Part shown: positions 45,621 through 59,664 of the stretch, in pieces
Position numbering within the stretch: the stretch's first letter is position 1
How the letters are laid out: every line of letters starts with the position of its first letter
From: the human T2T-CHM13v2.0 reference genome, Homo sapiens
Length of the DNA stretch: 64,000 bases
Reading direction: 5' to 3' (one strand)
Assembly: GCF_009914755.1 (NCBI RefSeq)
Contig: NC_060947.1
The notes under the pieces: model-generated
What the model saw: the letters and a program-made list of their open reading frames with translations, nothing else
Told to the model about the DNA's origin: nothing
The model's database searches: none
Translations under genes and position numbers: made by a program

Positions 45621-48249
45621 CTTAATAAATGCATTTTAACTGGACTTGTCAAGAAACTGCAAAACTTGAATTTATGCATGATACCAATCAGTCACCCTAA
45701 TAATGAAAGGGAACTCCTACACAAATCATCCCAAGCAGAAACAAATTTAGAAAACTTCTCTGTTTGGCGTTGGAATTTTTTTTATCACTGTCACAGCAGA
45801 TGCACCTTTCTATTAAAGAAAGTTCTTGGAGACCATACTGAATGAACAGCAGGGGAAAGAATCTTGGGCCATTTGCTGAATGAAGTTTCGAAGATTTCAA
45901 ATCAGATTTATCCGTGCATGTGTCCCTTATTGAATATATTGATTCTGAGTCTGAAAAAAATTCACATACATGGACATTTTCTAAATCAATCCCATTCATT
46001 TATAATGTATAAAGAGTACATTTCTTGAAGAAAAATGCATTTTAATCAGTGTCACCACCTGCTGTGCAACTCTGAGCAATCTTTGCTCTGTTCATCTGTG
46101 AAGCTACCATATAGTTCATAGAGCTGATCTAATAATTAGATAAAATCATATGTATAAAGTGCGTAGAACATAGTAAGTGCTCAAGAAAGAAGAATTTAAT
46201 AACCTTCTGTTTTCCTCATTGGCATATACTCTAAATTCAGAAACAAGGTGACTTGTACTGGTAAATCTTCCACAGGCAGTAATTCCTACACTTTTTCTCT
46301 TAACTTGTGTCCCCAGTGGTGGCCAAATAAGCAACAATCTGTCATTAAAAACTTACATGCCTTAAGAAGTGCTCCCCACTTTAAGAATCTCATAGGGAGT
46401 CCCTTTGTAAAATTAAAATTTGTGATATAGTAAATCAGTCAGTAATTTATATGCTTTCCATCTGTATGTATTTCCATGTTCAGGTATGTTGTGCTTCCTT
46501 TAAATCCTGTGTAACATGTTATCCTGCATAATGATTTACAGACTTCTCTTTCAGAGACTTTTCGAACAGAAATGGCTTCATTTTATCAACCTTTTCATTT
46601 AAGGGAAATGTTCTAAATGCATTCTTACTACCTCTTTAAATAAAAACATACTCTATGAAGGGGAAAAGTCCGAAGGTCTGAGATTGGGTCAGCCACTAAT
46701 GTACTAATGTCACAGAGACAGCCCAGAAAGATCAAATAATTCAAGAAGGGAGAAATATTGGTAATTAGAGCATCCCAGCTTTATGGCATTAATAATGCTT
46801 AAGGGACACTGAGATTTACACACACTATTCAACAGTCTAGTTAAGGAAGAGTACAGCATTTAATCATGAGGGGGAGAAGGATAAGGTTCTCTGATACATT
46901 ATGGTTGTGATTACATAGCACAGGGCCAAAATACATCTGAAAGTCATTTCTTTCCATTTCATTACAGTTTACAAATTCCATGCCTAATTTTAAACATTAG
47001 CACTCCAGGCTAGATATATAATAGCCTCTATCTAATCCTACGAGCCATTACAACAGAGTTTATAGTATCATCCACACAAGTCTGGTGGAGCCACATTCTG
47101 CTTATGAAACACAGGGCTATAAAGCAGATGGGGGTCCAGGGATAGCTGCCGACAAGCCAAGCTGAGAAAGCAGCACTAAAACGTCACATTAGTTGAAAGT
47201 CCATGACAGATAGGACCTCAATTTATACAACTAAAGCAGTACTATGAACCATAAGGTGGGGGGCACTGAAGCTGAATTTAAGGGATTAATAAGCAAAAGA
47301 GGGGTGGTGAAGTGATTTTTTGTAATCCTTTATTTAAATAACGAAATACTGGACAATAAAAAAAAAACAGTTTGCCTATAATATTGAAGTCTCCAGGACC
47401 CCTTAACAGCTACATTTTTCTGATAAATAAGTACAATTGCTGTTTAATTTGTGCCATCTCAGGTGCTTTAAAATCCCATTGGTATATCATAATAGTCCCT
47501 CCAAATAGCTGAAGCATTAACGATAGAGAGAAACTGAGCAGAAAAAGGTTAATGCAGTGGCCAGTAAAAAGAAAAAAAAAAGCACAAGAAGAAGTGAAAA
47601 ATTCTCTTCCTAAATAAACTTGCTAATGCTAAAAATAATCAGTATCAATTTGGAACACACTAACTTGGAATTCTTGAAAATCTGGATCGAAACAAAGTTA
47701 TGAATTAATATTATACTAATATTTTTTAAATATTGGTGAGCTAACAATGGAAGAAATATAATAGAGTAGCATGTTGAACCTACTTATAAAAATTATACGC
47801 TATAGCAGCACTAACTATAATCAAATAATTGGCATTCTAATTACAAGTAATTCTTATATTTATTAAAGCAAGCTTAGCAAGACCTCTACTAGATGACATT
47901 GTAAACTTACTGTTTGTTCTCAAAACTAATGCAATTTACCTTTTTAAAACAGAGTTTTGCACTGATTGAATGGCCTGGATAATTGTTCCCAGTATATTAG
48001 GAGGCAGAACAAGCAGATTATATACAATACCATGCATACATAGAAGAATAAAAATGACTGCAGCAGAAACATTAAAACGTAAATAATGCAGAAGGCTAGA
48101 TGATGAAATTGCATGTTTGTTTCTTTGTGCTTCTCTTTATTTTCTGGAGTTTCTACAATGAGTCTGCATTTCTACTGCATTGGGGGGAAAGGTTTTAGTG
48201 GTTATTTTGAACTGGCTTTCTCCTTTCAGTTCAGCCTACACAAACTGTT

Positions 48250-48850
48250 AGATCATTTTCCCTGCAAAAAATTATTTAAGCATGTCACTCTCTGTTAAGT
48301 AAATAAATGTTTTAAGAATCTTTAATGCCATTCCTACACTGCCTACAGATTTAACTACAAATTCCTCAGCTTGGCATGCAAAGCCCTATTCAGTATGATT
48401 CCAAATTCTCTTTCCAGCTTCATCTCCCACCATTCCCTACAGGAATCCTGCATTGCAGAAAAATATTCCTTGTGTGTTTCCATGCCAGGTTTTTTCTCTG
48501 ACTCCTCTTGCTTAGACAGGCCTCCTGTGCATCTTTGCTTATTAAATCATACCCATTCTCCAAAGCCCATCTCAAATGCCACAACCCCCAGGAACATTTT
48601 CAGATGTATCCAGTTACATGGGATCTCTCCCTTCTTTAAACTGCCATAGCATTTTGTTCATTCCTGTTATGACATTTCTTATATCCTGCCTCATTATACT
48701 TACTTGCATAATTATCTTCTCCCCAGCCAAGACTAGGAGAGCCTGAAGGAAAGGACTGGAACTTACTCACTGTTGTATTACCCACAGGGGCTAGTAGAGT
48801 GCTTTTGTAAAATAGTAATGCTGTTGCAATAAATATGTTTGTTGCAAGGT
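48250..48850 (+). mobile_element. L2 3' portion
   Basis: catgtcactctctg..aaattcctcagcttggcatgcaaagccct..catctcaaatgccac..caataaatatgtttgttg. Confidence 0.7.
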
Positions 48851-49678
48851 TAAATTATGAGAAGACTGAGCTAAATATTTTGGGCCAATAAGGCAAAGTA
48901 AGAACTATAACAAAAAAAACACTAAGTTAATCTAAGTTAAGTTCAGAGAGGTAAAATTATTTGCTGCACCTCTGACTTTTAATTACCTATAGTGCTAGGA
49001 TAAGAATGTGCCACAAACTTATCTGTCCTCAAGGCAAGCCTGAGAGCATCAACAATTGAAAAAAAATGCCAGTAATTACCCAACCTAATATTCTAGAATG
49101 GAAGTTTTCATACATTTTGCTGACACAAATAAATAAATAAATAAATAAATAGCAAGCTTCTGTGTTCAAGAAAACTGAATTGAGAAGAAAGAAAAAAGAA
49201 GAGATAGCTGGTATCTTCTTATTTTCTTTGAATTCTCAGTCCTGAACACAAAACCTATCACATAAGTGCTTAATTAACATGTTGAACTAAGCTGAACTCC
49301 TACAATGACAAAAAATAAAGCATATTAAGAGTAACAGTTGCTTAAATATCCTTGTTGGAACAAGTGTTTACAATTATTTCTATTTAGCATTTACTTAACA
49401 TTTAGTATTTGTCCTTATGATTCATGTAGCTCAATCATTTTATAGATGGCTACCTGTTTATCTGTATGAAACCAACAAAAACCTTTAAAACCCAGAAATG
49501 AATCAAGCCTAAGACTTTATCTCTCAATTAAATTTGCTTTGGGCAGGTTCTTCTCAAAGCTACCAGTCTCAGAGCATATTTTCCCTCATGGATTTCTTAA
49601 GTAACAGGATTTCAAAACTGAGTCCAGAGCCAAAACAAATATCTGCAACCAAAGCTAGCAGGAGGCATCTTCTCACTG

Positions 49679-49680
<2 letters not shown>

Positions 49681-49725
<45 letters not shown>
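49681..49725. repeat. (TG)22 microsatellite
   Basis: Pure tg run. Confidence 0.97.
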
Positions 49726-49727
<2 letters not shown>

Positions 49728-50874
49728 ATGTGAGAGAGAGAGGTTTTAAACTGGCATTTGATTTTTAAAGAATTTTTTGGATAATAAAAAGGAAAAAGTG
49801 ATTTTTCTTTTTAATGAAAAGAGGAAAAATAATATTTTCTGTAGCAAGGTACGAAATGACAAAAAAAGACCAAAAGTGACGTGTACAGCATGATTGGCTT
49901 ACATATCTCAAAATATGTAATCAGTTATTCGAGTGTAGGAAACTAAATATTTCAGTTCAAAGTTGTTTTACATCTGTCTTCAGAAGCCAGAATTTACACT
50001 TCATCATAAAAGTGCTCTCTTGTCACAAGTAACTGAGCTTGAAATCAGATGAACAGCATTATGGCTTGTGTATCATACATGTAAAACAAATTAGCTTTCT
50101 TGATTTATCGTGGCAAAAGTGATAGTTTTTGAAAACCAGACTCTGCTGAAAAATTGACCTTTCAGTCTACAAACATAACATTTAATTTACAAGAGAAGTA
50201 AACCCTTTTGAATTGTATTTACCCAGTTACTTTAATAAAGGTTAAGCCTTTCAAAAACAATTGTAAATGTGGCATTTAGCTTCTCATATTTTTCAGAGCA
50301 TTACTTGAATCTTAGGATTCAAAAGAAACAACTAAGAAAATCATAAAAAAGTAACATTGGAGTTCCCCCCAGCGTGAAATAAAATGCAGTCTACAGATTA
50401 AAATTACAGATTTAAATTTTTACATTTCGAAGACCCACTAGCCCCATTGTGTTTCAGGAAATGTCATTAACATCTCCTTTGGGGAAAAGATGGCTGATAC
50501 TTTCATTAATTCATTCATAAAGCAAAGCTTATTACTGATACACACTGGTATTAGTTACTGAAAGCTGATGATTATTAAAATGCAGAAGCACCATCGGGTA
50601 ATGAAAAATGCAGTAATTAAAATCCAAGAGGTTAAATCTCACACTAAAATTGAGAAAGGTTTTATTTTACTCATAGCTCTATACAAAAGAATTCATAGGT
50701 GAGAGTTACTGTTAAACCACCGTATTTTCAAATATTCAGCTATTTACTAATTTGACAAACATTTATCATGTATCTACTGCATGCATAGTGCCCTCTTACA
50801 AAGTGAGTTACGCTTCTATTATCACTGAGTTTGATTCGAATTGCCTTAATATAACAAAATCTTCTCAGGAACAC

Positions 50875-51105
50875 AGCTTATGGTGAAAAGAATGTGGACT
50901 TTGGAAACAAACACATGGAAGTTCCAATCTTGGCTCTGCCGTTTTCCAGCTGTGTGACTTTAGGCAAGCTACTCAGCCCCTCTTACCTTCAGTTGCCTAA
51001 TTTCTAAAATAAAGATAACAATTCCTATCTAACTAGGTTGCTAAGGCAATAAAGTAGGTAAACAGTACAATGCCTCGCACTTTGTAAATATTCAATAAAT
51101 GTTAG
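50875..51105 (+). mobile_element. MIR SINE
   Basis: ggtgaaaagaatgtggactttgga..tggctctgcc..agctgtgtgactttaggcaag..caataaatgttag. Confidence 0.8.
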
Positions 51106-53578
51106 GGTACTTTTTTCTTTCCTTCATACTTGTACAAAATAAGTGAACAAATCAAATCTGTGTGATTGAACTAAGTAAAAATAATTAAAACAGTTTAATT
51201 CGGTGGAAAAATAAAGCTTGAGTATGTCATTTGGACTCCTTAATACATAAGTTTATTCCTATTGCCCCAGAAAACTATTAAAATATACAGGAGTTTTTGA
51301 TGCATGACATTCCTTCAGAACCAATGGCAAAAAGCCATGACAAGTGGATAATTCTTAAGAGTTATGTTTCGAAGTGCCTATAAAAGGCTCTCAACGTCAC
51401 TGTCTAAATTTGATAAGATTCCTTCATTTCTGGGAAGACATCAGCATTAGCCAATTTATGTCTGCATATAAAGCTGTCCCAGGTGCATTTTGGAATAATT
51501 GTCTTACAGTGTAAATAGGCCATTTGAGAGTCAGGCTTTCGCTCTGGGCTGTCCAAGGTATTACCTAAGATATATGGGAGAAAACCAGGTATGAGAATTA
51601 CCCAATGATCCTAATATCTCTGCCTTTGATATCTAAGTCTTTGATCACCTGCTCTTACCACCAGAATAGCTCTGTGTATTCACACATGCTTTGAAATAGC
51701 TAAATACCATCAGCCTTTGTCTTAGGGTTGGTGATCACCAACCCTCCTGTCTACATCTAACCACTGGTACTGTTAGACTCCCTAGACCGTAAACCATCCC
51801 CGTTACCCCATGGCTTAAGTTGACCTTTTTGGACTGGATTCCATTTCTGCATGGATTTATGGTATCTGCCAGACTCCTCTATTTGGCTGTATTTAGCATC
51901 TAAGTGTCTCCTGGCCAGGGCCAATTCCAAGCTCTGACAATCCTATCCTGGTTCTTCCATATTCATATTCCTTAAACTCCTGCAACCCCAAAACACTTCC
52001 AAGGGCTTTCAAAATAGAAACGATTTAACAAATATATTCTGGGTGTGGAAGTAGGTGGGTACACATACAATTGGTCATCAAATAGAGCATATTAAAGAAG
52101 GAGGTAGAAAATTTGGTCTAACAGAATTAACCAGAGAATGGGATGGTTTAATATATTACTGCCAAATTAATGCTAGTCTTACGATTTACTAACATCAAGG
52201 CAGCTTAGAAAAATAAACATTTCACTGAATTTTAAAGTAACATAATTCCTAACTCACAAATTATGTTCTCTAAGACGTTATATAAATTTTTAAAATTATA
52301 GCTATGAAAATAGCTTAAGCTATCTCCTGCTTGTTAGGTCTGATCCCCTAAATCTCTCCTGTGTAAGTTTCAGTGAGGAAAGGATGTATTGTTCTTTTGT
52401 AAACTGTTCCCAGAAACCTAGCAGTAAACAAGGTGCTAGAGACTGGCCCTAAGGTAGCATCAGAGTACCCTGACAACATGCCAGGCATCTTCTCTGAGAA
52501 TTTTTTCCTGAGTTTTTCTTCATCTGAGCATTAAGAATCCTTTCTCACCTTTCAGCTATCCACAGTACCATACAGTCATCTTACCACATTTTCCCTACTC
52601 TGGATCTTGGCCTCTAATCAATTTCACAGTTATTAGTCACACAGAATTCAGAAGTCACAAAATGTGGACCTGAAGTCCAGACATGTTTTGTTTGGCCTGC
52701 ATGATATTATTCTGAATTATGTATGTGAATGCTCTTCAATTGCATTGGTGCTCTCCAGTTTGCACAGTCCCCACAACTTCTTATTGTAGAACTAGCCAAC
52801 TTCCAACATTATGTTATCTGTTAATCCAATGAGTATTTTGTTTTACCAGGGCTTGATGACTACTTTGTTGCTGGTTCATTCTGACTACAGTCCTTATAGC
52901 AGCCTCCATCCTTCTTGCAAACCTCAGGGCAATCATAGAAGTTTCTATTATAACTACTCTAGTGATTTTATTCCAATGGGCCCAATGTTCCCATTGCTAT
53001 TGTTCTTCATCTCTAATTGCCTCCCTATACTTCAACCTATAGTAAGCAAAAAGAAGAATGAATGAACCAAATATCCTAAGGAAACTAATGAGCATATTAG
53101 TATTAGGTGTCCACACAGGCTAGGGTTATATCCCAGAGGTCATGCAACACAAGAAAGACTGGTGTCCAACAATCAGCAGTTTTCAAGGAGCAAAGTCAAG
53201 GTAGGAAATTGCTGGCTGGGACACATCTCTAGCAATTTCTGAATGTCAGACAAGGGGGCAAAATCAAAACCTTTATTCACCTTTGGTCCTCAAGGGAGAT
53301 TCAGAGAAGAAATCTGAGCACAAGGATATCCCTAAACTAATAAAAGGGGTACTGGGCTTGGAACTGTGTGGGCCAAGTAGTTGTCTTGAATTATCTTATT
53401 TATGTATGTGTGTTGTTTTGAGTTAACTACAATTATCTTCAAGACAATAATAATGGCTCTTCTCTTTATTGTCACATAATTGATGTTTTTCTCCTCTTCT
53501 TCAATATTCTTGATGAAGAAGACTTGATGCTTCCTAGAAGGCTCTCAGCACTTAGCTCAACGTTATACACATAGCAAG

Positions 53579-54073
53579 GTGAATTAGATATCTTCTTTTT
53601 ACATGCCCCCCCACCCTCAGCACCACTCTTTATGTTTCTCTACCCTGCTGTCTGCCATGGTAAGGATCCTTTGCCCTCTGGCTGCCAGTTTGGATCAGCT
53701 AAAGAGAAGCTCCAATACGAAATTGGAGGGAGGAAAAAGAGTAAGGTTACAGTATTTATTCTCCTCGTTCCCTCGCTGCAGGGTCATCTTGGGCTACCTG
53801 TGTTCCTCAATAAAAGATTATTGCTCCTCTCAACAAGGACGCCTCTCCACTCTTTCCTTCAGGTTGTGGTATACACACCTTCCCCTCAACTTTTGGGCCT
53901 TCATCTTTATGTGGCAACAGCTCCACAGCTACTAATGCCTCATTGCTGATTATCCCTTATACTGCCTTACACCCCACCCGCACCTTTTTAATTGGTCCCT
54001 GTGTAAATAAATCCTCAAAAAAATTATCCCAAAAGAAGGATAATCTCTTTTTTCTGAGGCCCTGACAAATAAA
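53579..54073 (+). mobile_element. LTR33-like ERVL solo LTR
   Basis: ctctaccctgctgtctgcc..tttgccctctggctgccagtttgg..ggagggaggaaaaagagtaaggttacagtatttattc..ccctgacaaat. Confidence 0.65.
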
Positions 54074-56029
54074 CAGGTGCTCTGAAAATATTTTTTGAAT
54101 GAACAAATGAATCCTTTTGGGAGTAACATGGCTATAGTATCCTCAAATGAATCCAGAAATTCCTCACCATTTAATTACAGTTCTCAGTGCTGATTTACAT
54201 TTGTCTTGAATGCCCCTAATAGAACACAGACCCCTTGAAGACAAGGGAGGCATTGGGTAAGGCCAAGACCTGGCAAAAAAGTCCATATATTAAGTTTGGC
54301 TAGAGACTTCAAGGGATATACCCAGCTGCAAGTGATGGGAGGCTATCCAATCTGTCAGGCAGAGCAGGACATCTAAAGGACGAACAATAGGTAATAGGTA
54401 TCAGTTGGAATCAGTGGGCCCAGTGCAAAATTAATAGCTGTCTCCTGACTGGTATTTCATTTATGAATTCACTTGTTCATCCATTCATTTGTGTAGAGTC
54501 TCACCTATTGAATCAACTTCACTGAGTACACAAAAAGCCTTGAAGAGAATACTAGGAAAATTGAGATAAATGAGACATAGTTCCTGCCCTCAGATTATTT
54601 ATATGGAAACAAAATCAAAAAAAAAAAAAACGAAAACAAAAAAAAACGATGATATTTAGATAGCCCCTAAGGCTAACTGTCTACTGACCTGGGAGCAGCT
54701 AGCAGGGCCTAATCACTGGGCTGGAATTCAGGGAGTATTCACACTGTGGTGGGAGTGGCAGAAGTGCTGACAAAATCTAGATTGGGGCAATCTTAGGGGA
54801 ATGAAGACATTGGGCAGGTTACCAAGATAAGGTCTTAAGCACTGGGAACAAGACATTAATCAGAGCCAAGATACAAAGTAAAGACTGGCTCTCAGAATAA
54901 GACAGCTGGCCAATTATGAGAATGGAAGGGAAAGGTCGGGGCTAGCCTGGCAATAAGGGGAATTGAGAATGAGTACAGAATATTGGTATGGAACTGCTGA
55001 AAGCCTCTGGCAGGGATACATCTGAAAATCAAAATGAACTGCCCCCTACTGCTGATGGAAGAAGTGGGTGAGAGGGGATACCCACAGAGAAGAAAACAGG
55101 GACATAGAGGCTTACCAATTAACACTGGGTCCATGTGGATAGCTGACTGGCTGGTAACTTACCTCTCAGAGGAATGTCAGAATAAATGAGATAGCTACAA
55201 AATGCCTTTTCCTTGGAACACAGTACTTTGTAAAATCAGAGATGCAGCATCAACTCAATAAAGAGAATTCAAACATCACACATTCAGATAGTCATAGCAT
55301 TTATAGAGTTAATGCAGGCTTACTGCATTTAGCACCCTAAGTGTCCTTGAAAACTGTAAATTTCTTTTTTCAAAATTAAATCATTTTAAATCCACTATGG
55401 GGACTTGCTATTTAAGTAAACCATGAGGTTAAGTCTTTTGTAAAGTTGAGAATCTCTTGTTTTCTGTGAATAATTTCCCTCCTGATTATGTTTGTATATT
55501 TGTGTATTAGATCCCCTTAAAGTGATAAGCTTTCAGCATGAGGGGTAATATTTGACTGAGATACCACTCATGAGAATTCAACATGCTCCACACTGCCAGA
55601 CTCAGGATGTGACATTCAAACAGCAGTGATTCAATGTTCTTCCACTGACTCACAGCCCAAACAAGACTGACACAACAAGAGCAGACAAATTTACAGATGT
55701 TCCCAAGCAAAATGCGGTCTTTCAAATCCAGAACAAGAATGTGTGATGACGGCAAGACCAAGGCCAGTGAGGGTGAGGACTAGAGGAGACCTCACCACAG
55801 AAGCATCAGCAGCATTCATTCAGAACATGGGGCAAAGAGAAGTGACACAGAGGGGACCCAGGGCTAGTGTTGGCAGTATAAACAGAAATCACCCATGTAA
55901 AGCTCAGTTGGTACCTGAATTCAAACTAATCAAATGAGTGATAAAGTAGGAACATAAACAGCAGAAGAGGTCTTGGAGAAAGAAGCTTCATAACTAAAAC
56001 TGAGAAAAATCTGGAAAATTGGATTCATC

Positions 56030-56128
56030 TGGGATGACCAATGATCTGTGTGATGGGACTAACAGGTTTCGCTGAATGCAGGACTTTCATCGTCAAGACA
56101 GGGTACACTGACATGGTTGGTCGTGCTA
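56030..56128. mobile_element. MER81-like hAT-Blackjack MITE
   Basis: Degenerate termini tgggatgaccaa .. ttggtcgtgcta with internal gggact..caggactttca. Confidence 0.5.
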
Positions 56129-56242
56129 GGTGCACTAGGTCCTAGGCAGTAGTTAGCAAGCCAGGTAGAGGTAAAGATGTGGAGAGAATTTAACATAGTC
56201 ACTCCTATAATCTACAAATACCATTTAATCACCATTCCTTGT

Positions 56243-56720
56243 GTATTAGTTTCTTATTGCTGCTATAACAAAATATGACAAATTTGGTGGCTTAAAACAA
56301 TACACATTTATTAGCTTATAATTCTAGAGGCCGAAAGTCAGAAATAAGTATTACTAGGCTGAAACCCAGTGTCAACAGAGCTGCTCTCACTCTGGAGGTT
56401 CAAAGGGAGAGTCTGTTTTCTTGCCTTTTCCAGCCTCTAGAGCTACATTCCTTGCATTCCTTGCCTTCTTCTAGCTTCCAAGCTAGCAGTGTGGCATTTG
56501 CATGTCTCTCTACTTTGTATTAACATTACCTTCTGTCTCTAACTCCTCCTGTACCTCTAAGATCCTTGCGGTTACACTAGGCCCACCCAGATAATCCAGG
56601 ATCCTCTCACCACTTTAAAGATTCTTAACTTGATCACATTTGCAAAGCCCTTTTTTGTCATATAAGGTAACATTCACAGGCTCTGGAGATTAGGACACTG
56701 ACTTATTTAGAGGGGGCCAA
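56243..56720 (-). mobile_element. MLT1C/D-like solo LTR
   Basis: tgtattagtttcttattgctgctataacaaa..gtggcttaaaacaa..cttgccttttccagcctctagag..gcccacccagataatccagga..aaggtaacattcacagg. Confidence 0.88.
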
Positions 56721-57895
56721 AAAAACAGTTTGGGGGCTGGAGGTGGCAAGCATGCCAGAGACATCAGAGAGTAGTGAGAGCTAGCATGACTGCTTTACCT
56801 CTATCCAATCCTGCCTGTGTGTTCTCCAAAGATGACCACTCTCAGGTGTGAGAAAAAGAGGAGACAGCAAGAAAAGAAGGCAATTGGGAAGAAGAATGGA
56901 AAAAGAACACAGGAGGCTCTGATTTAGACACACTTGCCACTCTCAGAACATGTGTATCATATTTTGACTCCAAGTTTTTCTTCAACTGTCTGCTCCCCTA
57001 ATATCATGTTTGCACAGTGTTTTCCAGTCCATTAAGTACTTTAACTACAGTTTAACAATCCTCACAACAGCCTTGCCAGCTACTTAATATTACCTAAATC
57101 TTGCAGATGGGAAAATTTAGCACAAAAGTCAAGCAACTGGCCCAAAGTCACTCAGCTCCAAAGTATAGAACCAGTACTCAAAAGAAGAAAGTGAAAATAA
57201 AGTTCTTAGAAAATTTGGAATGGAGTACCCTATACTCCTCACCCAACAAATGCTGACAGAGGAGACACACGTGCTAGTGGGTAAGCACAAAGGACACACA
57301 GCAAACAGCAGACCAAGAGAAAGGGAAGCAGGAATACTTGCCTCATATTCTAACAAGCCCAATAAAAGGGGGTTGGAACTCTAGCACTTAATTTGTTCCT
57401 CTCAGATGGGAGGCTAATACCACATTATTTAGCCTAAGCTGTAGAAAACTGTCTTAGGAAAATTAACCGTGGTCACCAAATGCTTGCTAACAAATCAGTT
57501 GCCTTGCTTTCTGAGAGGTCAATAAACAGCATACATAGCTATTTCAAAAAGCCAAAGTACTTTCTAATACAGAAAGAAGGTAAGAGAGGATAAATGATTC
57601 AAACGAGGTAAACAAAGTAAAGAGATGAGGTTCAGCCATGTGAAGTAAATGACAACCCAGTTGTATTGAGGCTGAGTCAGCATAAGCTGGATATATATCC
57701 CAGGGGACTGGGATCTGTTAACATCGAACAGATCAATTGGTTTTCATTTTCTATGATCCAGGAAAGAATTAATTAATCTAGCAAACATTTAATCTAGGTT
57801 GAAGCCCTACTGTGTTCCAGGCTAGTCAGTAGGTTAAGCTCTTATATGTTAGTTCATTAAATCCTCCCAGCCGTTTTGCAAGGTAAGTGTTGCTA

Positions 57896-58273
57896 CACTC
57901 ACGTTCCCTATAATGACAGACTACATATACGTTGGTGGTCACGTAAGACTATAATGGAACTGAAAAGTTCCTATTATCTAGACAGGTTGTAGCCATCATA
58001 TTGTAGTGCAATGTATTACCTTTTCTATGTTTATATGTTTCCATACACAAATACTCACCATTGTGTTACAATTGCCTGCAGCATTCAGCACAGTCACATA
58101 ATGTACCAGTTTGTAGCCTAGAAGCAATAGGCTATACCATATAGCCTAGGTATGTAATAGGCTATACCACCTAGGTTTGTGCAAGTATACTTTATGATGT
58201 TCACACAATGTCAAAATTGCCTAATGACACATTATTTTAGAAAGTATGCCCATCATTAAGCAATGAATGACTA
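57896..58273. mobile_element. MER47A/Tigger-like MITE inserted in a reverse-strand MIR
   Basis: catatacgttggtggtc..ataatggaactgaaaagttccta..tttgtagcctagaagcaataggctatacc..ttaagcaatgaatgact; MIR-like halves at ~57790-57895 and ~58280-58400. Confidence 0.8.
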
Positions 58274-59286
58274 TGTTTCTGTTTGGAAGATTAAGAAACA
58301 TTTGGAGAAAGATTGAGCAACTCACCCAACCACAAAGTTAATAAGTGACAGAGCTAGGAGGCAAACCCTGGTCTTCTGCCTCAAAGTCCTATGTCCTTGC
58401 TAGTACAGAACAGGTATTTTATAGCAATGTCTACTTTTGAATCTATTAAGATACCTCAGTTTCCACCAATGTTACTGAAAAGGATGAGGTCTGGGTAAAC
58501 ATATATTAAAATACAGTCAGTACAAAATTCAGTGGGCTGCTTTATGTATAGAAATTATCTCCTCATCATAGAACAATCCACAAAGAAACAACTCTAATAG
58601 GTAGACAACTGCATTAATAGACATACTGCAGAAATAATAGACTAGGAAATAATACCTGCAGAAAATTGCAGCTCATAGCCTTCACCCATATATCAATTAA
58701 TGCTTACAAATATACTTACCAGTATATGGACTGAAACACAAGACCAAATTATTCTGGGAAATTAAGCTATAATGTCACCACTTATAGCAGTCCAGTACCT
58801 ATTTTCTGAATAGCTTCTTCATTCGTTTCTCTCCAAATAAGTAAAATAACTGTCCTCATTCCAGAGGTGGGTAGAGTAATGAGGATTAAGAGGAGAGGCT
58901 AAGATTCCCCGTGGATTGACAAGCCATTCTGAATAACTTTTAGAATTTGATGCAAGTTGAATAGCAAGGCCAATATATCAAGAACACTCCTTTCCACCTG
59001 TTCCCATTCCCTGTGTAAAAATCAGCTAGACTATATTAGCTTTCAGAAAAATAACCCCTAAAGGAGTTTCTGCCTCCTAGACAAAGGAGAGGAATTTGGA
59101 ATGAAACACTGAGTATGGGGAAACAGATAATTTCAAGCAATTTGAAAGAAGGAAAAAAACAGTCTAATTCAAGAAACAGAAATGGTCAAAGTAGTTGTCT
59201 CACTAAACTCTCCAACTCACTTTTAAAGAATTAGTCTGAATAAGTCAGAACAAGTTAAGTCATGGTTAAGAAATCAAATGGAATCT

Positions 59287-59426
59287 GGGCTAGGTGCAGT
59301 AGCTCATGCCCATAATCCCAGCACTTTGGGAGGCTGAGGTGGGAGGATTGCTTGAGCTCAGGAATTCGAGACCAGCCTGGGCAACATAGCGAGACCCCAT
59401 CTCTAAAATAAATAAATAAAATAAAA
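59287..59426 (+). mobile_element. FLAM_C-like free left Alu monomer
   Basis: Single monomer ggctaggtgcagtagctca..ggattgcttgagctcagga..gggcaacatagcgagacccc with (TAAA) tail; perfect 20-bp flanking repeat TAAGAAATCAAATGGAATCT (59267-59286 / 59427-59446). Confidence 0.93.
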
Positions 59427-59664
59427 TAAGAAATCAAATGGAATCTTATAGTGAAATACAGAGTGATCCCAATCATCAGCCAAGAACAGAATGTAGTGCA
59501 GGTTCTCTTGGGGTTTCTCCTCAGGACACGGTAGGCACTAGATACTCCTTTGATCTTTAATCAGTCTTCTTCTAGCACTACCTTCCCTTCCTTCCCATGG
59601 TGCCCAGTGCCTAGCAGCCTCACTATGCCCTGGGAGGCAGAATTCAATGGGATTCAAATTGCCT

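Noticed and set aside
45697-45999. 100-aa minus-strand ORF containing a possible 145-nt exon (tttttttcag acceptor at ~45951, aag|gtgcat donor at ~45805)
   Set aside because: Weak donor, no recognisable domain and no partner exons; cannot be supported without RNA data.
58126-58175. Direct repeat aataggctatacca x2
   Set aside because: Part of the MER47/Tigger consensus as recalled, so not locus-specific.
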